A program made the position numbers and the translations under genes. This document shows, in pieces, positions 16,311-27,799 of a DNA stretch of 64,000 nucleotides. The DNA comes from Acidimicrobiia bacterium. Its GTDB lineage: Bacteria; Actinomycetota; Acidimicrobiia; Spongiisociales; ZC4RG35. A model generated the notes under the pieces. It was not told the origin of the DNA. It saw only the letters and a list, made by a program, of their open reading frames with translations, and ran no database searches. The stretch lies in contig JBGTEJ010000055.1 in the NCBI GenBank assembly GCA_041747855.1, positions 3,909-67,908 on the forward strand, given 5' to 3'. Position 1 is the stretch's first letter. Each line of letters begins with the position of its first letter.

Positions 16311-16931
16311 CTACGACGATTCCTCCATCTCAGGTTGGCTCTGAAGAGTATCGCCTTTTAGCCCCTTCGTGTAGAGACCATGATCCACGATGTATCTGTG
16401 GACCTCGTCGGTGACCAGATACCGGAAAGGTCCACCGGCTGCGACAAGTCGGCGGATGCCGGTCGCACTCATATCCAGAAGTCCCATGTCAAGAAAGCGC
16501 GCCTGAGGTACGACGGCTTCAACTGATGAGACGTTGGTCCCCGGTCGGGGTATCACCAGGACGGTCACCCGATCTAGGACATCCTCCACCCGGTGCCAGG
16601 TGGGAAGTGACAATGCGGCATCGGCACCGAGGATAAGGAACAGGTCCTCGTCGTCTGGAAACGTGGCCAGGGTGTCGACGGTGTAGGTGGGACCGTCGCG
16701 GTCGACTTCTCTCGAATCGGCTTCCAGACCAGGAACACCTTGAATCGCGACCCTGACCATCTGGAGCCGGTGGCGACCGGGCGAGATGTTCACCCCCTCC
16801 TTCTGCCAAGGGTCACCCGCCGGAATGAAGAGAACCCTGTCCAACTCTGCCTGAGCGAGGGCGACCTCTCCAGCATGGAGATGGGCAATATGGATCGGGT
16901 CGAAGGTTCCGCCGAGTATCCCGGTGCGCAC
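16311..16931 (-). CDS. nadD: nicotinate-nucleotide adenylyltransferase
   Basis: GILGGTFDPIHIAHL motif. The ORF track extends to 17081, but GTG at 16931 (VRTGILGGTFDPIH) gives the usual N-terminus. Confidence 0.8.
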   Translation of the reverse strand: MRTGILGGTFDPIHIAHLHAGEVALAQAELDRVLFIPAGDPWQKEGVNISPGRHRLQMVRVAIQGVPGLEADSREVDRDGPTYTVDTLATFPDDEDLFLILGADAALSLPTWHRVEDVLDRVTVLVIPRPGTNVSSVEAVVPQARFLDMGLLDMSATGIRRLVAAGGPFRYLVTDEVHRYIVDHGLYTKGLKGDTLQSQPEMEESS

Positions 16932-17385
16932 GGGACCGAGGATAGGGCTCCCGAGGTGGGGGCAGAAGGCGGAGACCACGGCTGATGTCCGTTTCCCTGC
17001 ACCCGATCTGAGGTAGCGGGTCGACATATACCCCGCCGATCCGAAGTGACATGTGCACCCCTGGCTCGCCATGCGGCGCACCCGCGGTGGCTATCCGGTC
17101 TCCACGGGTGACCTGATCGCCAACGAACACCTCGATGTACTCGAGATAGGAGACCGATACCTTGAACCCGGCCACAGGCTCGATGGTGATACTCCTCATC
17201 CCGGCGACGCTGCCGGCGAAGGTGACACGGCCGGTTACCGGAGCCCGCACCGTGTCGCCGACATCGGCTGCGAAGTCCACGCCCCAATGACCGGCGTACT
17301 GGCCGATGGGGAAGAACGGGGCGATCACCGGGCCGGAGACCGGAGGACTCAGGCACACCGCGGCGATGGCAAAGACAGCGAACAT
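16813..17385 (-). CDS. M23-family metallopeptidase (LytM-like), secreted
   Basis: HWGVDFAA...G.V.FAG......I.I.H......Y.H........G..V..G..IA..G layout and an N-terminal hydrophobic leader. The C-terminal ~70 aa are Arg/Pro-rich and overlap nadD in another frame. Confidence 0.65.
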   Translation of the reverse strand: MFAVFAIAAVCLSPPVSGPVIAPFFPIGQYAGHWGVDFAADVGDTVRAPVTGRVTFAGSVAGMRSITIEPVAGFKVSVSYLEYIEVFVGDQVTRGDRIATAGAPHGEPGVHMSLRIGGVYVDPLPQIGCRETDISRGLRLLPPPREPYPRSRAHRDTRRNLRPDPYCPSPCWRGRPRSGRVGQGSLHSGG

Positions 17386-17457
17386 CTCAACCTCCCATTG
17401 CGAACGTAATGACCGCCGATGACAAGTTCCAGGGGGTCGCGACTAAGTTCTCTATGG

Positions 17458-19475
<2,018 letters not shown>

Positions 19476-19478
19476 CCG

Positions 19479-19853
19479 CTACCAGTAGACCTCGACGTCG
19501 TACCCGCTCAGCGACCGATCCTTGGACACGAGTGCCGCCCTCTCCTGCCTTGCCTGTGCGACCAGCATCCGATCGAATGGGTCTCCGTGAAGAGGTGGCA
19601 AAGCGGATAGCGACACAATGTGGGATGGTCGGACGTCGAGAAGCTCGAGGCCCTGGATCCTTGCCACTCGGTCCATGACTTCAGCGGTGTCGACCTCGAA
19701 CCCGATCCGTCCTCGCTTGATCTCAATCTCCCACAGCGACACGACACTGATGACGACATCCGCTTCTCGAATCAATTCATGCGCACCCTTGCTCAGCCGA
19801 CGGTCGTCGGCCAGCCACCACAAGAGAGTGTGGGTGTCGAGAAGAGCTTTCAA
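19479..19853 (-). CDS. vapC: PIN-domain toxin (VapC family)
   Basis: 124 aa. LLDTHTLLWW..., later conserved D in FDRMLVAQA, and a 4-nt overlap with the upstream antitoxin gene. Confidence 0.8.
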   Translation of the reverse strand: MKALLDTHTLLWWLADDRRLSKGAHELIREADVVISVVSLWEIEIKRGRIGFEVDTAEVMDRVARIQGLELLDVRPSHIVSLSALPPLHGDPFDRMLVAQARQERAALVSKDRSLSGYDVEVYW

Positions 19854-20077
19854 ATCGGGCCCGTCCAGAACTCCTCGGGTAGAGGGTCGTCGAAGTCATC
19901 GGGCACAACGATCTTCCCCTTCAGGTGGCCAGGAACCTTGGGCAGCTTCTCTTTCACCGAGACGAGTCGCGCCACCGGTTTGCCAGCCCGGGAAATGACG
20001 ACCTCTTCACCGGCTTCGACCAACTTAAGAAGTCGCGAGAGGTGGGTTTTCGCTTCATGCACACTCACCATGCTCAT
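19850..20077 (-). CDS. Phd/YefM-type antitoxin
   Basis: 75 aa. VSVHEAKTHLSRLLKLVEAGEEVVISRAGKPVARLV. Confidence 0.8.
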   Translation of the reverse strand: MSMVSVHEAKTHLSRLLKLVEAGEEVVISRAGKPVARLVSVKEKLPKVPGHLKGKIVVPDDFDDPLPEEFWTGPI

Positions 20078-20135
20078 CTACAGGAAGTTACCTCCGACTT
20101 CTAGTTAGTCAACCAGTTGACTAACTACCCGCTGG

Positions 20136-21311
20136 CTATCTCGTGTCAGGCGAACGGAGTAGCCCCGCCGAAAGGAGTGCCAGCACTCCCGCGGCGACCA
20201 CCGGGATCGCCCGGGATCCAGTCGACACCGCCAGCCATCCGGCGAGAGGAGGGCCGGCGGCGCCGACCGCCATGAACACCAGGCTGACCATTCCCATCGA
20301 AGTTCCCAGGCTGGCGGCGCCGAAGACGTCCCTGGAGAACATCCCGATCAGCGGAGACACCGCGCCGATCCCGAATCCGGCCACCACCGCATAGAGGGCT
20401 GCTATCCAGGGCTGGCCGGCGAAGGCCAGGATGACGGTGCCAAGACCGATCGCCACATATGCGATACGCATCGAGCGGACCACCCCGAACCTGTTCACCA
20501 GAGGCAACAGCGGGAGCCTGCCGAGGAGCTGGGAGAAGCCCCGGACCCCAGCCCAGAAAGAGGCGGCCGCCAAGGGCAACCCGGCCGCGGTCATTACCGG
20601 AACCTGATAGGCGAGGACCACACCCATGACGATCCCCATCGATGCCTGCGACACCAGGAACCATCTGGCAGCGGGTGCGCGCATGGCGTTCCTGATCTCA
20701 CCAAGCACGTGACGCACCTTGGGCATCTCCCCGCTGCGAGTGTCGATGACCAGCGCGGCCATGGCCAGGGTCAACACGGCGGACGCGGTGATGATGATCA
20801 GCGTGACCCGCCACCCGAACTCCCCGACGAGAAGGGCTGTCGCCGGCATGTAGACGGCGGAAGCGAACGCGCCCCACACCGTCAGCACCGCGATCGCCTT
20901 CGTCGAAGAAGCGGGACTGATCCGGACCGCCACTGTCTGGGTGATGTGATAGAACCCGAGCGCCGCCATCGCACCACCCCCTAATGCGGTAGCTACGGCG
21001 AACAGCGACTGAGACGTCGTGGAGACGGCCAAGCCGAAGCCCAACAGGCCTACGACAGCTGCCAGTCCGAAAACGAATCGGCTCCCGAACCTGTCGAGCA
21101 GCCATCCCCCTCCCATGGATGCCGCGCCGCCGACGAGAATGGAGGCTCCAAACGCCGACGTCAGGAAAGGCTCACTCCAACCGGTGTCTTCGATGATCGG
21201 GTCGAGAAGGACACTGAAGGCGTAGTGCCACGACCCGTAGACGGCGATGGTGACCAGACCGAGGACTCCGACCTTGAGGCGCGGGATGCGTCTGGTGGGG
21301 TCGCTGGTCAC
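20136..21311 (-). CDS. MFS transporter
   Basis: 391 aa with ~12 hydrophobic segments and a GGWLLDRFGSR loop motif. Confidence 0.75.
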   Translation of the reverse strand: MTSDPTRRIPRLKVGVLGLVTIAVYGSWHYAFSVLLDPIIEDTGWSEPFLTSAFGASILVGGAASMGGGWLLDRFGSRFVFGLAAVVGLLGFGLAVSTTSQSLFAVATALGGGAMAALGFYHITQTVAVRISPASSTKAIAVLTVWGAFASAVYMPATALLVGEFGWRVTLIIITASAVLTLAMAALVIDTRSGEMPKVRHVLGEIRNAMRAPAARWFLVSQASMGIVMGVVLAYQVPVMTAAGLPLAAASFWAGVRGFSQLLGRLPLLPLVNRFGVVRSMRIAYVAIGLGTVILAFAGQPWIAALYAVVAGFGIGAVSPLIGMFSRDVFGAASLGTSMGMVSLVFMAVGAAGPPLAGWLAVSTGSRAIPVVAAGVLALLSAGLLRSPDTR

Positions 21312-21361
21312 GGGGGCAGGTTAGGTTCGGAGAGGTGAGAAAAGGGCGAGGCTCCGCCTCG

Positions 21362-21548
21362 CACCCCCCTCGCCCGGCCCTACCGGGCCGTGCGGTCCCC
21401 CCGCTTCGCAGGGTGACACAAGAACACCCCTCGGACAGGACTTGGTCTGTGCCGCCCCCCCACTTCGCAGGGTGACACCAGCTGCGCATCCCCGTCGCTC
21501 GGCCCTAAGGGGCCGTGCGGTCCCCCGCAAGTTGGCGTGACACAAGAA
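21362..21548. repeat. intergenic repeat family: two ~62-nt copies plus one half copy, each full copy with a conserved CGGCCC-N4-GGGCCG hairpin
   Basis: Copy A at 21362-21424, half copy at ~21454-21480 (cttcgcagggtgacac shared with A), copy B at 21487-21548. Shared blocks are cggccctaNNgggccgtgcggtcccc and gtgacacaagaa. Confidence 0.7.
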
Positions 21549-21603
21549 GGGGGGGGTGCCGAACGCGGTCCGGCCCGTCAACCACCGTCGGCTGGTCGCC
21601 GCC

Positions 21604-21969
21604 CTACTCGAGGAGTGAGAGGACAGTGGAGCGGAAGTCGTTGGGCTGGAAAGGTTTGGTGACGAAAGCGTCGGCGCCACCCTCGTTGGCCCTGCGCCGA
21701 GACTCCTCCTCGGCATGGGCGGTCAGCACGACAACGGGGATGTTCTTGGTGGCCTCATCCCGACGGATGCGGTCGAGGACCTCCCACCCGTCCATCCCGG
21801 GAAGACCGATGTCTAGAACGACGAGGTCGGGAGACTCAGAGCTGACGGCATGAAGTCCGCTCTTACCGTCGTCTCGAGTGATGATCTCGAGATCGGCAGC
21901 ACGCAGACAGACCTCGATCAGCCTACGAATGACTGCCGAGTCCTCCACTACCAGAATGCGTGAGCCCAT
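21604..21969 (-). CDS. stand-alone response-regulator receiver protein (CheY-like)
   Basis: 121 aa. ILVVEDS, VVLDIGLPGMDG, VVVLTAH and FVTKPF motifs, with no output domain. Confidence 0.85.
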   Translation of the reverse strand: MGSRILVVEDSAVIRRLIEVCLRAADLEIITRDDGKSGLHAVSSESPDLVVLDIGLPGMDGWEVLDRIRRDEATKNIPVVVLTAHAEEESRRRANEGGADAFVTKPFQPNDFRSTVLSLLE

Positions 21970-22052
21970 TCAGAGTCCCCTAAAAGCAAAGTGGTCAGGG
22001 CTTTCCAGACCATGAAAGTACATCGGCAGATCGGGGGTCAGGGTTTAATCGG

Positions 22053-23459
22053 TTAGCTCGAACGCGTATAGGTCGGAAGGGCTAGTTCTTCGACGAACTG
22101 CTCGAGCTGCCGCAAGGTCCGAACCTCATGTACCGACGTGCAGTGTCGTCCATACTGGAACATCGCAGAATCTCCTGTGTCCCAATAGGCATGTGGTTCC
22201 GGGTTCAGCCAAATAAGGGCACGCGAAGCCCTGGCAACGTCCTTCAAGACCCCGTCCCTCGAAGGGCGATAGTTGTTGCGAGCGTCCCCGGTGATGATGA
22301 CGGTGGTCTTGGATGTCAACTGGCGTCCGTATCGCTCGAAGAACTTCTCCAAGGAATTGCCGTAGTCGGAGTGACCGTCCAACCAGACCACTTCTGCCTC
22401 AGAGGCAATCCTGCTGACCGCGGAACCAAAGTCCACACCCGGACCGAAGAATTCGGTCACCTCGTCGACAGTGTCTACGAAGGCGAAGGAGCGCAGTCGA
22501 GAGAAGTGGGTTGCCATGGCGTGTGTGAACTGGAGGGTGAATCTGGAGAAAGTGGCCATGGAACCTGAGATGTCACACAGAAGCCATACCTCAGGCCGAC
22601 TCGGTCGAGGATGTTTGAACTGGGGTTCCACCGGGACACCACCGGTTGCAAGCGATCTTCTCACGGTCCGACGGAAGTCGAGGCGCCCCACTCGCTTCTT
22701 CCGACGACGGGCGAGACGGGCCGCAAGTTTTCGAGTGAGCGGCCCGATGGCGTCCTCGATCTCGGCCATGTCGCTCGAACTGGCGTGCATCAGGTCGACA
22801 TCCTCTACCAAAGGCCGACGCAGGGTCCGGGCCATTGCCTCGCGTCCTCTGTCGGCGACGAGACGTCTCCGTATCTCCTCCTCGATCTCCTCCTTCAGCA
22901 GTTCGAGACGAGCCTGGACGTCCTCCAAAGCCAGTCGACGCTCGAATTCAGAAAGACCGTCGGCGACAAGTAGGTCTGCGAGTTGTGCCTCCAACGCCGC
23001 CATATCGAGACGTCGCATGGTTCGATACATGTAGTAGGTGCCCCCCACGGGTCTGCCCGGCTCCATCCCTGCGAGACGATCAACAGCTTGTCTCACGGCG
23101 GCGCGGAGGGCGTCGTCGTCCAGTTCGGCGAGTGCCCGAAGAATCAGGTTGGCCAGATCGTCCTGATCGGGTCCACTCCCACCGGCACCCCCGGGACCTC
23201 CAGGTGGTGACTCCAGTTCGGAGTCCCCGTCATCTTTCAGCGAGGGCAGCATCGAGAAGTAGACGTCGAAGGCGGTATCGAAGGCCCGCTCGTGACGCAA
23301 GTTCTTGACCAGTGTTGCTCGAAGTGCCTCACGGAGGGCAGCGCGATCCCCTAGCTCAGTCACCTCCAGGGCTCCCATGGCGTCGATGGTCTCGACCATT
23401 GACACGGGGACACCAGCCTGGCGGAGCTCATCGATGAACCCGGTGACGACCCCGAGCAT
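22053..23459 (-). CDS. VWA-domain protein (CoxE-like)
   Basis: 468 aa. The C-terminal LLCDISGSM...ITGDARNN matches a MIDAS-type VWA domain. It is immediately downstream of the MoxR-type ATPase. Confidence 0.75.
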   Translation of the reverse strand: MLGVVTGFIDELRQAGVPVSMVETIDAMGALEVTELGDRAALREALRATLVKNLRHERAFDTAFDVYFSMLPSLKDDGDSELESPPGGPGGAGGSGPDQDDLANLILRALAELDDDALRAAVRQAVDRLAGMEPGRPVGGTYYMYRTMRRLDMAALEAQLADLLVADGLSEFERRLALEDVQARLELLKEEIEEEIRRRLVADRGREAMARTLRRPLVEDVDLMHASSSDMAEIEDAIGPLTRKLAARLARRRKKRVGRLDFRRTVRRSLATGGVPVEPQFKHPRPSRPEVWLLCDISGSMATFSRFTLQFTHAMATHFSRLRSFAFVDTVDEVTEFFGPGVDFGSAVSRIASEAEVVWLDGHSDYGNSLEKFFERYGRQLTSKTTVIITGDARNNYRPSRDGVLKDVARASRALIWLNPEPHAYWDTGDSAMFQYGRHCTSVHEVRTLRQLEQFVEELALPTYTRSS

Positions 23460-23461
23460 GA

Positions 23462-24361
23462 TCAGATCACTGGGCTGGAGACCAGCTCTTTGGCGGTCTT
23501 CTCGATGTCGCTCTGATACTTGAGCAGGACATGCAAAGTCTCGCCCAACGCATTCTCGTCGATCTCCTCGATGGACAAGGCGATGAGGGTTCGTGCCCAG
23601 TCGATGGTTTCAGACACCGACGGGGCCTTCTTCAGGTCGAGGTTGCGTATCGAGCGGGCAACCCTTGCGACCTGCTCGGCCAGGTGGGCCGACAGACCCG
23701 GGACCCTGGCGGTCAGGATCAGAGCCTCTCTCTGCGGGTCTGGATAGTCGATGTGTAGGAACAGACACCGACGTTTGAGGGCCTCGCTGAGCTCACGTGT
23801 GTTGTTCGACGTGAGGAAGACCAGGGGATGACTACTCGCCTCTATGGTCCCCAACTCCGGGATCGACACCTGGAAGTCGGAGAGGATCTCCAACAGGAGT
23901 GCCTCGGTCTCCACCTCCACCCGATCGACTTCGTCGATCAGGAGAACAACTGGCTCCGGCGATCTGATCGCCTCGAGAAGGGGACGCTCCAACAGGAACT
24001 CCTCGGAGAAGATGTCATGACTGATCGTGTCCCATTCGTGGTCAGTGTCGGCCTGGATACGGAGCAGCTGCTTCTTGTAGTTCCACTCGTAGAGGGCCTT
24101 GGCCTCATCCAGGCCTTCGTAACACTGGAGCCGGATCAGCCTCCGACCCGTGGTGGCCGCCATCGCCTTGGCCAGCTCGGTCTTCCCAACACCCGCGGGA
24201 CCCTCCACCAATACCGGCTTCTCCAGCCGGACTGCGAGATAGACGACCTGAGAGATCCTGTTGTCAGGGAGGTATCCGACGTCGCGTAGGGCGTCGGCGA
24301 CCGAACCTGGGTCGGGGAAATCCATGTCGCACATTCTAGGTATCGATTCAACTTCCCCCAC
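23462..24361 (-). CDS. MoxR/CoxD-like AAA+ ATPase
   Basis: Walker A at VEGPAGVGKTELAK, Walker B at VLLIDEVDR, about 300 aa. Confidence 0.85.
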   Translation of the reverse strand: MGEVESIPRMCDMDFPDPGSVADALRDVGYLPDNRISQVVYLAVRLEKPVLVEGPAGVGKTELAKAMAATTGRRLIRLQCYEGLDEAKALYEWNYKKQLLRIQADTDHEWDTISHDIFSEEFLLERPLLEAIRSPEPVVLLIDEVDRVEVETEALLLEILSDFQVSIPELGTIEASSHPLVFLTSNNTRELSEALKRRCLFLHIDYPDPQREALILTARVPGLSAHLAEQVARVARSIRNLDLKKAPSVSETIDWARTLIALSIEEIDENALGETLHVLLKYQSDIEKTAKELVSSPVI

Positions 24362-24457
24362 TCGACGCCCTCCTGTTCACGAATCTCTGAGGAATGTCAT
24401 CCGCATCCCATCACGGCAACGAACAAGAAGCAACCCCACCAAAAAAGGAGAAGGGTT

Positions 24458-24802
24458 ATGAGCAAAAAGTTCACGACGATGGCGACTGCGATCGCTCTGA
24501 TCATGGCGATGGCTATCCCGGCGATGGCCGCTCCTCCAGCAGGGGCTGGAGGAAAGGGCAAGCCGGCAGGGATCGAGTGTCAGCAGGACGGGATCGCCAC
24601 CCTGCAATCGCTCGGTCTGCTGGCGAGTGTGGCAAGGAACGGAGTCGAGACAAACGTTGGTTCGTTCGATTTCAAGACGGTGCTTTCGCTGCACCGCTCC
24701 AACCCGGAGCTGTTCCAGACCGGCACACCCGTTCGGATCACCCGAGTGGGCAATGTCGACACCAGCGCCGACGGTGGATTGATACCGACCTGGTGCGACT
24801 GA
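24458..24802 (+). CDS. small secreted protein, unknown function
   Basis: AAAGGAGAAGGG RBS, signal peptide MSKKFTTMATAIALIMAMAIPAMA/AP, and two Cys residues. Confidence 0.6.
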   Translation: MSKKFTTMATAIALIMAMAIPAMAAPPAGAGGKGKPAGIECQQDGIATLQSLGLLASVARNGVETNVGSFDFKTVLSLHRSNPELFQTGTPVRITRVGNVDTSADGGLIPTWCD

Positions 24803-24818
24803 CCGTCCGCTGGGCGCA

Positions 24819-24854
24819 GACGATGGCCCCTTTCCTCCGCAGGGGGCCATCGTC
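24819..24854 (+). terminator. 12-bp GC-rich hairpin after the secreted-protein gene
   Basis: gacgatggcccc (24819-24830) pairs with ggggccatcgtc (24843-24854) around a 12-nt loop. There is no T tract, which is common in high-GC actinobacteria. Confidence 0.5.
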
Positions 24855-24947
24855 GCGTCCGGGGACAATTCAGGCCTTCCTCAGGAGGTACGACTCCCTG
24901 ATCGGGTGCCCAACGGCCAAAGCCGGAGGGTCTAACCTCTACCTGTT

Positions 24948-26279
24948 GTGCGCATAATCATCGTCGGTGCCGGTGCGGTCGGCTCCTACCTCGCCGAGCG
25001 TCTCTCCGCGGAGGGCCAGGACGTTGTCGTCATCGATCATGACGAGAAGAGGGTGGCCGAGCTCCAGGACAACATCGACGCCCTGGTTCTGGTCGGCAAC
25101 GGGGCGACGGAACGGGTCCTGGAACATGCCGGGGCTGCCGCTGCCGATCTCTTGATCGCAGTGTCCAACTCCGATGGCGCAAATGTCCTCTCCTGTCATA
25201 CCGCCACCGAGCTGGGCACCAAGACCACCATCGCCCGGATAGAGGATCCAGGAATCAAAGAGGGGGCGGATCGACTCGGAGTCGACTTCGTCATCGACCC
25301 TTCGGCGACCGCCGCTCAGGGACTCGCCGACCTGGTGGGGGCGGGCGGGGCCTCCGAGGTAATCCCATTCGCCCATGGCGAACTGGTTATGGTCGGGGGC
25401 CCGGTTGCGGCCGGGGCGCCCCTCACCAGGGGCCTACTGAAGGACTTGCGGATCAGGAGCGCCGAGTGGGGCTGGGTGGTTGCCGCCCTGGTCCGGGATG
25501 GCAAGACGACTGTCGCCCATGGTGATACAGAAGTCCGCGCCGGGGACCACGCACTTCTGATGACAACCAAGGGCAGAGTGAAGGATGCGGGCAGGCTGAT
25601 CGGTCTGAAGAGGTTCAGCTTCGACCGGGCGGTGATCATGGGTGGCACCCGACTCGCCGAGCTCACCGCGGACGTGATGAGCCGTGCCAACCTCGACGTG
25701 GTCATCGTCGACGACGACCCGGAGCGCAGCAACCGTCTTGCCTCGAGCCACGCCGAAGCCCTTGTCATTTCAGGCGACCCGACCGACCCCGTTGTAATAT
25801 CCGAGCTCGGTCTCGGTCCTTCAGATGTGGTCCTCGCGTTGAGCGGATGGGACGAGGTGAACGTTCTCTCCTGCCTGGTGGCAAAGGCGATGGGTGCGGG
25901 GATGGTGATCGCCCGTTTCAACCGGATTCCCTACGTCAAACTCCTGGGCGGTGTAGGTATCGACGCCGCCATCTCATCCAGGCTCATGGCGGCAAGCACG
26001 ATCCTCAGATTCGTCCGACAGGGTCGGGTCGAGCAGGTCGCCACTTTCTCGGACACAGACGCAGAGGCGATCGAGATCGAAGTGAGCCAGGGCTCAGAGG
26101 CCGTTGGCAAGAGCCTCCTGGACCTGAATCTCCCAATAGGGGTCATCATCGGCGGCATCTCCAGGAATGGGACAACCTTCGTCCCGGATGGCTCTTCGGT
26201 GGTACGGGAGGGAGATCACATCATCTTCTTTGCATTGCCCAGGGACATCGCCACATCCACCGCCCTGTTCGGCGCATGA
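24948..26279 (+). CDS. trkA: Trk potassium-uptake NAD-binding subunit TrkA
   Basis: Two RCK_N/RCK_C repeats. IIVGAGAVGSYLAERL at the N-terminus and IMGGTRLAE in the second half. GTG start. Confidence 0.88.
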   Translation: MRIIIVGAGAVGSYLAERLSAEGQDVVVIDHDEKRVAELQDNIDALVLVGNGATERVLEHAGAAAADLLIAVSNSDGANVLSCHTATELGTKTTIARIEDPGIKEGADRLGVDFVIDPSATAAQGLADLVGAGGASEVIPFAHGELVMVGGPVAAGAPLTRGLLKDLRIRSAEWGWVVAALVRDGKTTVAHGDTEVRAGDHALLMTTKGRVKDAGRLIGLKRFSFDRAVIMGGTRLAELTADVMSRANLDVVIVDDDPERSNRLASSHAEALVISGDPTDPVVISELGLGPSDVVLALSGWDEVNVLSCLVAKAMGAGMVIARFNRIPYVKLLGGVGIDAAISSRLMAASTILRFVRQGRVEQVATFSDTDAEAIEIEVSQGSEAVGKSLLDLNLPIGVIIGGISRNGTTFVPDGSSVVREGDHIIFFALPRDIATSTALFGA

Positions 26280-27766
26280 GTCCTGACAACGCGGCGCGTC
26301 GGATACCGGGGTGGAGGCTGCTGAACACAGTCGCCTACATACTCGGGGCAGTCCTACTGTTCGTAAGTCTGGCCATGCTGGCCACGGCCGTAGTCTCACT
26401 CGGATACGGCGAACTTGCAACGGGGCGTGGAATCGCGATCAGCGCGGCCATCACAGGTCTGTGCGGCATCATCATGCGCCGAGCCACCAAACGTCCCGAA
26501 GGACTGACACTGAAGGAGGGATTCGCCACCGTCGGGCTCTCCTGGGCGGTGTTCGCACTTTTCGGGGCACTCCCCTACCTGTTCACCGGCTCAGTGGCTA
26601 CCCCGATCGACGCCATTTTCGAGTCCACATCCGGCTTCACCACGACCGGGTTCTCGTCGATTCCCGACCTCTCCCTGGTCCCCACCGGGATCCTGGTCTG
26701 GCGAGGGCTCACCCAGTGGATGGGCGGCATGGGGGTGATCGTTCTCGGTGTGATAGTCCTCCCGCTACTCGGGACGGGTGGGGCCAAGCTCGCCCAGGCC
26801 GAGTCATCCGGTCCAACCATCGAACGCCTGGCTCCCAGGTTTCGGCAGACGGCGCTGAGACTCCTACTCGTCTACCTTACGATCACCGCGGTTCAGACCC
26901 TCCTGTTGGCACTGGGAGACATGACCCTCCTGCAAGCGGTCCTGCACAGTTTCGCAACCGTGGCCACCGGCGGCTTCGGAACGGAGAACTCCTCAGTGGC
27001 CGGATTCAGCGCCTACACCCAATGGGTGATCACAGGCTTCATGGTGATAGCAGCAACCTCGTTCGCCCTTCACTTCAGGGCATTCAAACGTCCTGCCTTG
27101 TACGTCAGAAACTCCGAGTTCAGGCTTTACGTAGCCATCCTCCTGGTTGCGAGCGCGATCGTTGTAGGAGGTCTGTGGGCGGAGAGAGGCTCGAGCGAGG
27201 CAATCCGACTCGGGGTGTTCAACACCGTCTCGGTAGCCACCGGGACCGGGTTCACCACGGATGACATCGCAGTCTGGAGACCGACTCTGCAGATCGTCAT
27301 CATTGGTCTGATGTTCCTTGGCGGCATGGTGGGGTCGACGTCCGGGGCGATCAAGACCTTCCGGATAGCGGTTCTTTCCAAGGCAGCCTTTGCTGATGTC
27401 CGGAGAGTGGTGAGACCGCGGGGTGTCTTTGTCACACGGATCGGCGGTGAGACCGTCAAGTCCGAAGTAGTCGAAGCAGTCCAGTCGTTCTTCCTGTTCT
27501 ACATCATGATCTTCATGGGTGCTACGTTCCTCCTCGCCTTCATCGATGCCAATGTGACCGAGGAAATCGACCTGATAACCACGGCCAGCGCGGTAGCTTC
27601 GTCGATGGGAAATGTTGGTGCGGGACTGGGTCAGATCGGTCCGACAGGCGGGTTCTCGCACTTCCCGGGGCTAGCCAAGCTCCTTCTCTCGGGTCTGATG
27701 ATCGTGGGCCGTCTCGAATTGTTCCCAGTGCTGGTCCTGTTCACCAAGGACCTTTGGAAACGGTAA
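26276..27766 (+). CDS. trkH: Trk potassium transporter membrane subunit TrkH
   Basis: ATG 26276 overlaps the trkA stop (ATGA). It is polytopic with TTGF/GTGF selectivity-like motifs. The ORF-track start at 25847 is an out-of-frame run through trkA. Confidence 0.85.
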   Translation: MSPDNAARRIPGWRLLNTVAYILGAVLLFVSLAMLATAVVSLGYGELATGRGIAISAAITGLCGIIMRRATKRPEGLTLKEGFATVGLSWAVFALFGALPYLFTGSVATPIDAIFESTSGFTTTGFSSIPDLSLVPTGILVWRGLTQWMGGMGVIVLGVIVLPLLGTGGAKLAQAESSGPTIERLAPRFRQTALRLLLVYLTITAVQTLLLALGDMTLLQAVLHSFATVATGGFGTENSSVAGFSAYTQWVITGFMVIAATSFALHFRAFKRPALYVRNSEFRLYVAILLVASAIVVGGLWAERGSSEAIRLGVFNTVSVATGTGFTTDDIAVWRPTLQIVIIGLMFLGGMVGSTSGAIKTFRIAVLSKAAFADVRRVVRPRGVFVTRIGGETVKSEVVEAVQSFFLFYIMIFMGATFLLAFIDANVTEEIDLITTASAVASSMGNVGAGLGQIGPTGGFSHFPGLAKLLLSGLMIVGRLELFPVLVLFTKDLWKR

Positions 27767-27799
27767 ACCGCGGGCATATGTCTGCCGCAGTCGCCTGAG

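Noticed and set aside
21321-21716. 131-aa ORF spanning the intergenic repeat region
   Set aside because: It covers the repeated hairpin elements and overlaps the 3' end of the receiver gene. Its composition is Pro/Arg/Ala/Gly-rich.
25847-26275. N-terminal 143-aa extension of the trkH ORF
   Set aside because: It lies wholly inside trkA in another frame and is Arg/Gly/His-rich. ATG 26276 overlapping the trkA stop gives a normal TrkH N-terminus.
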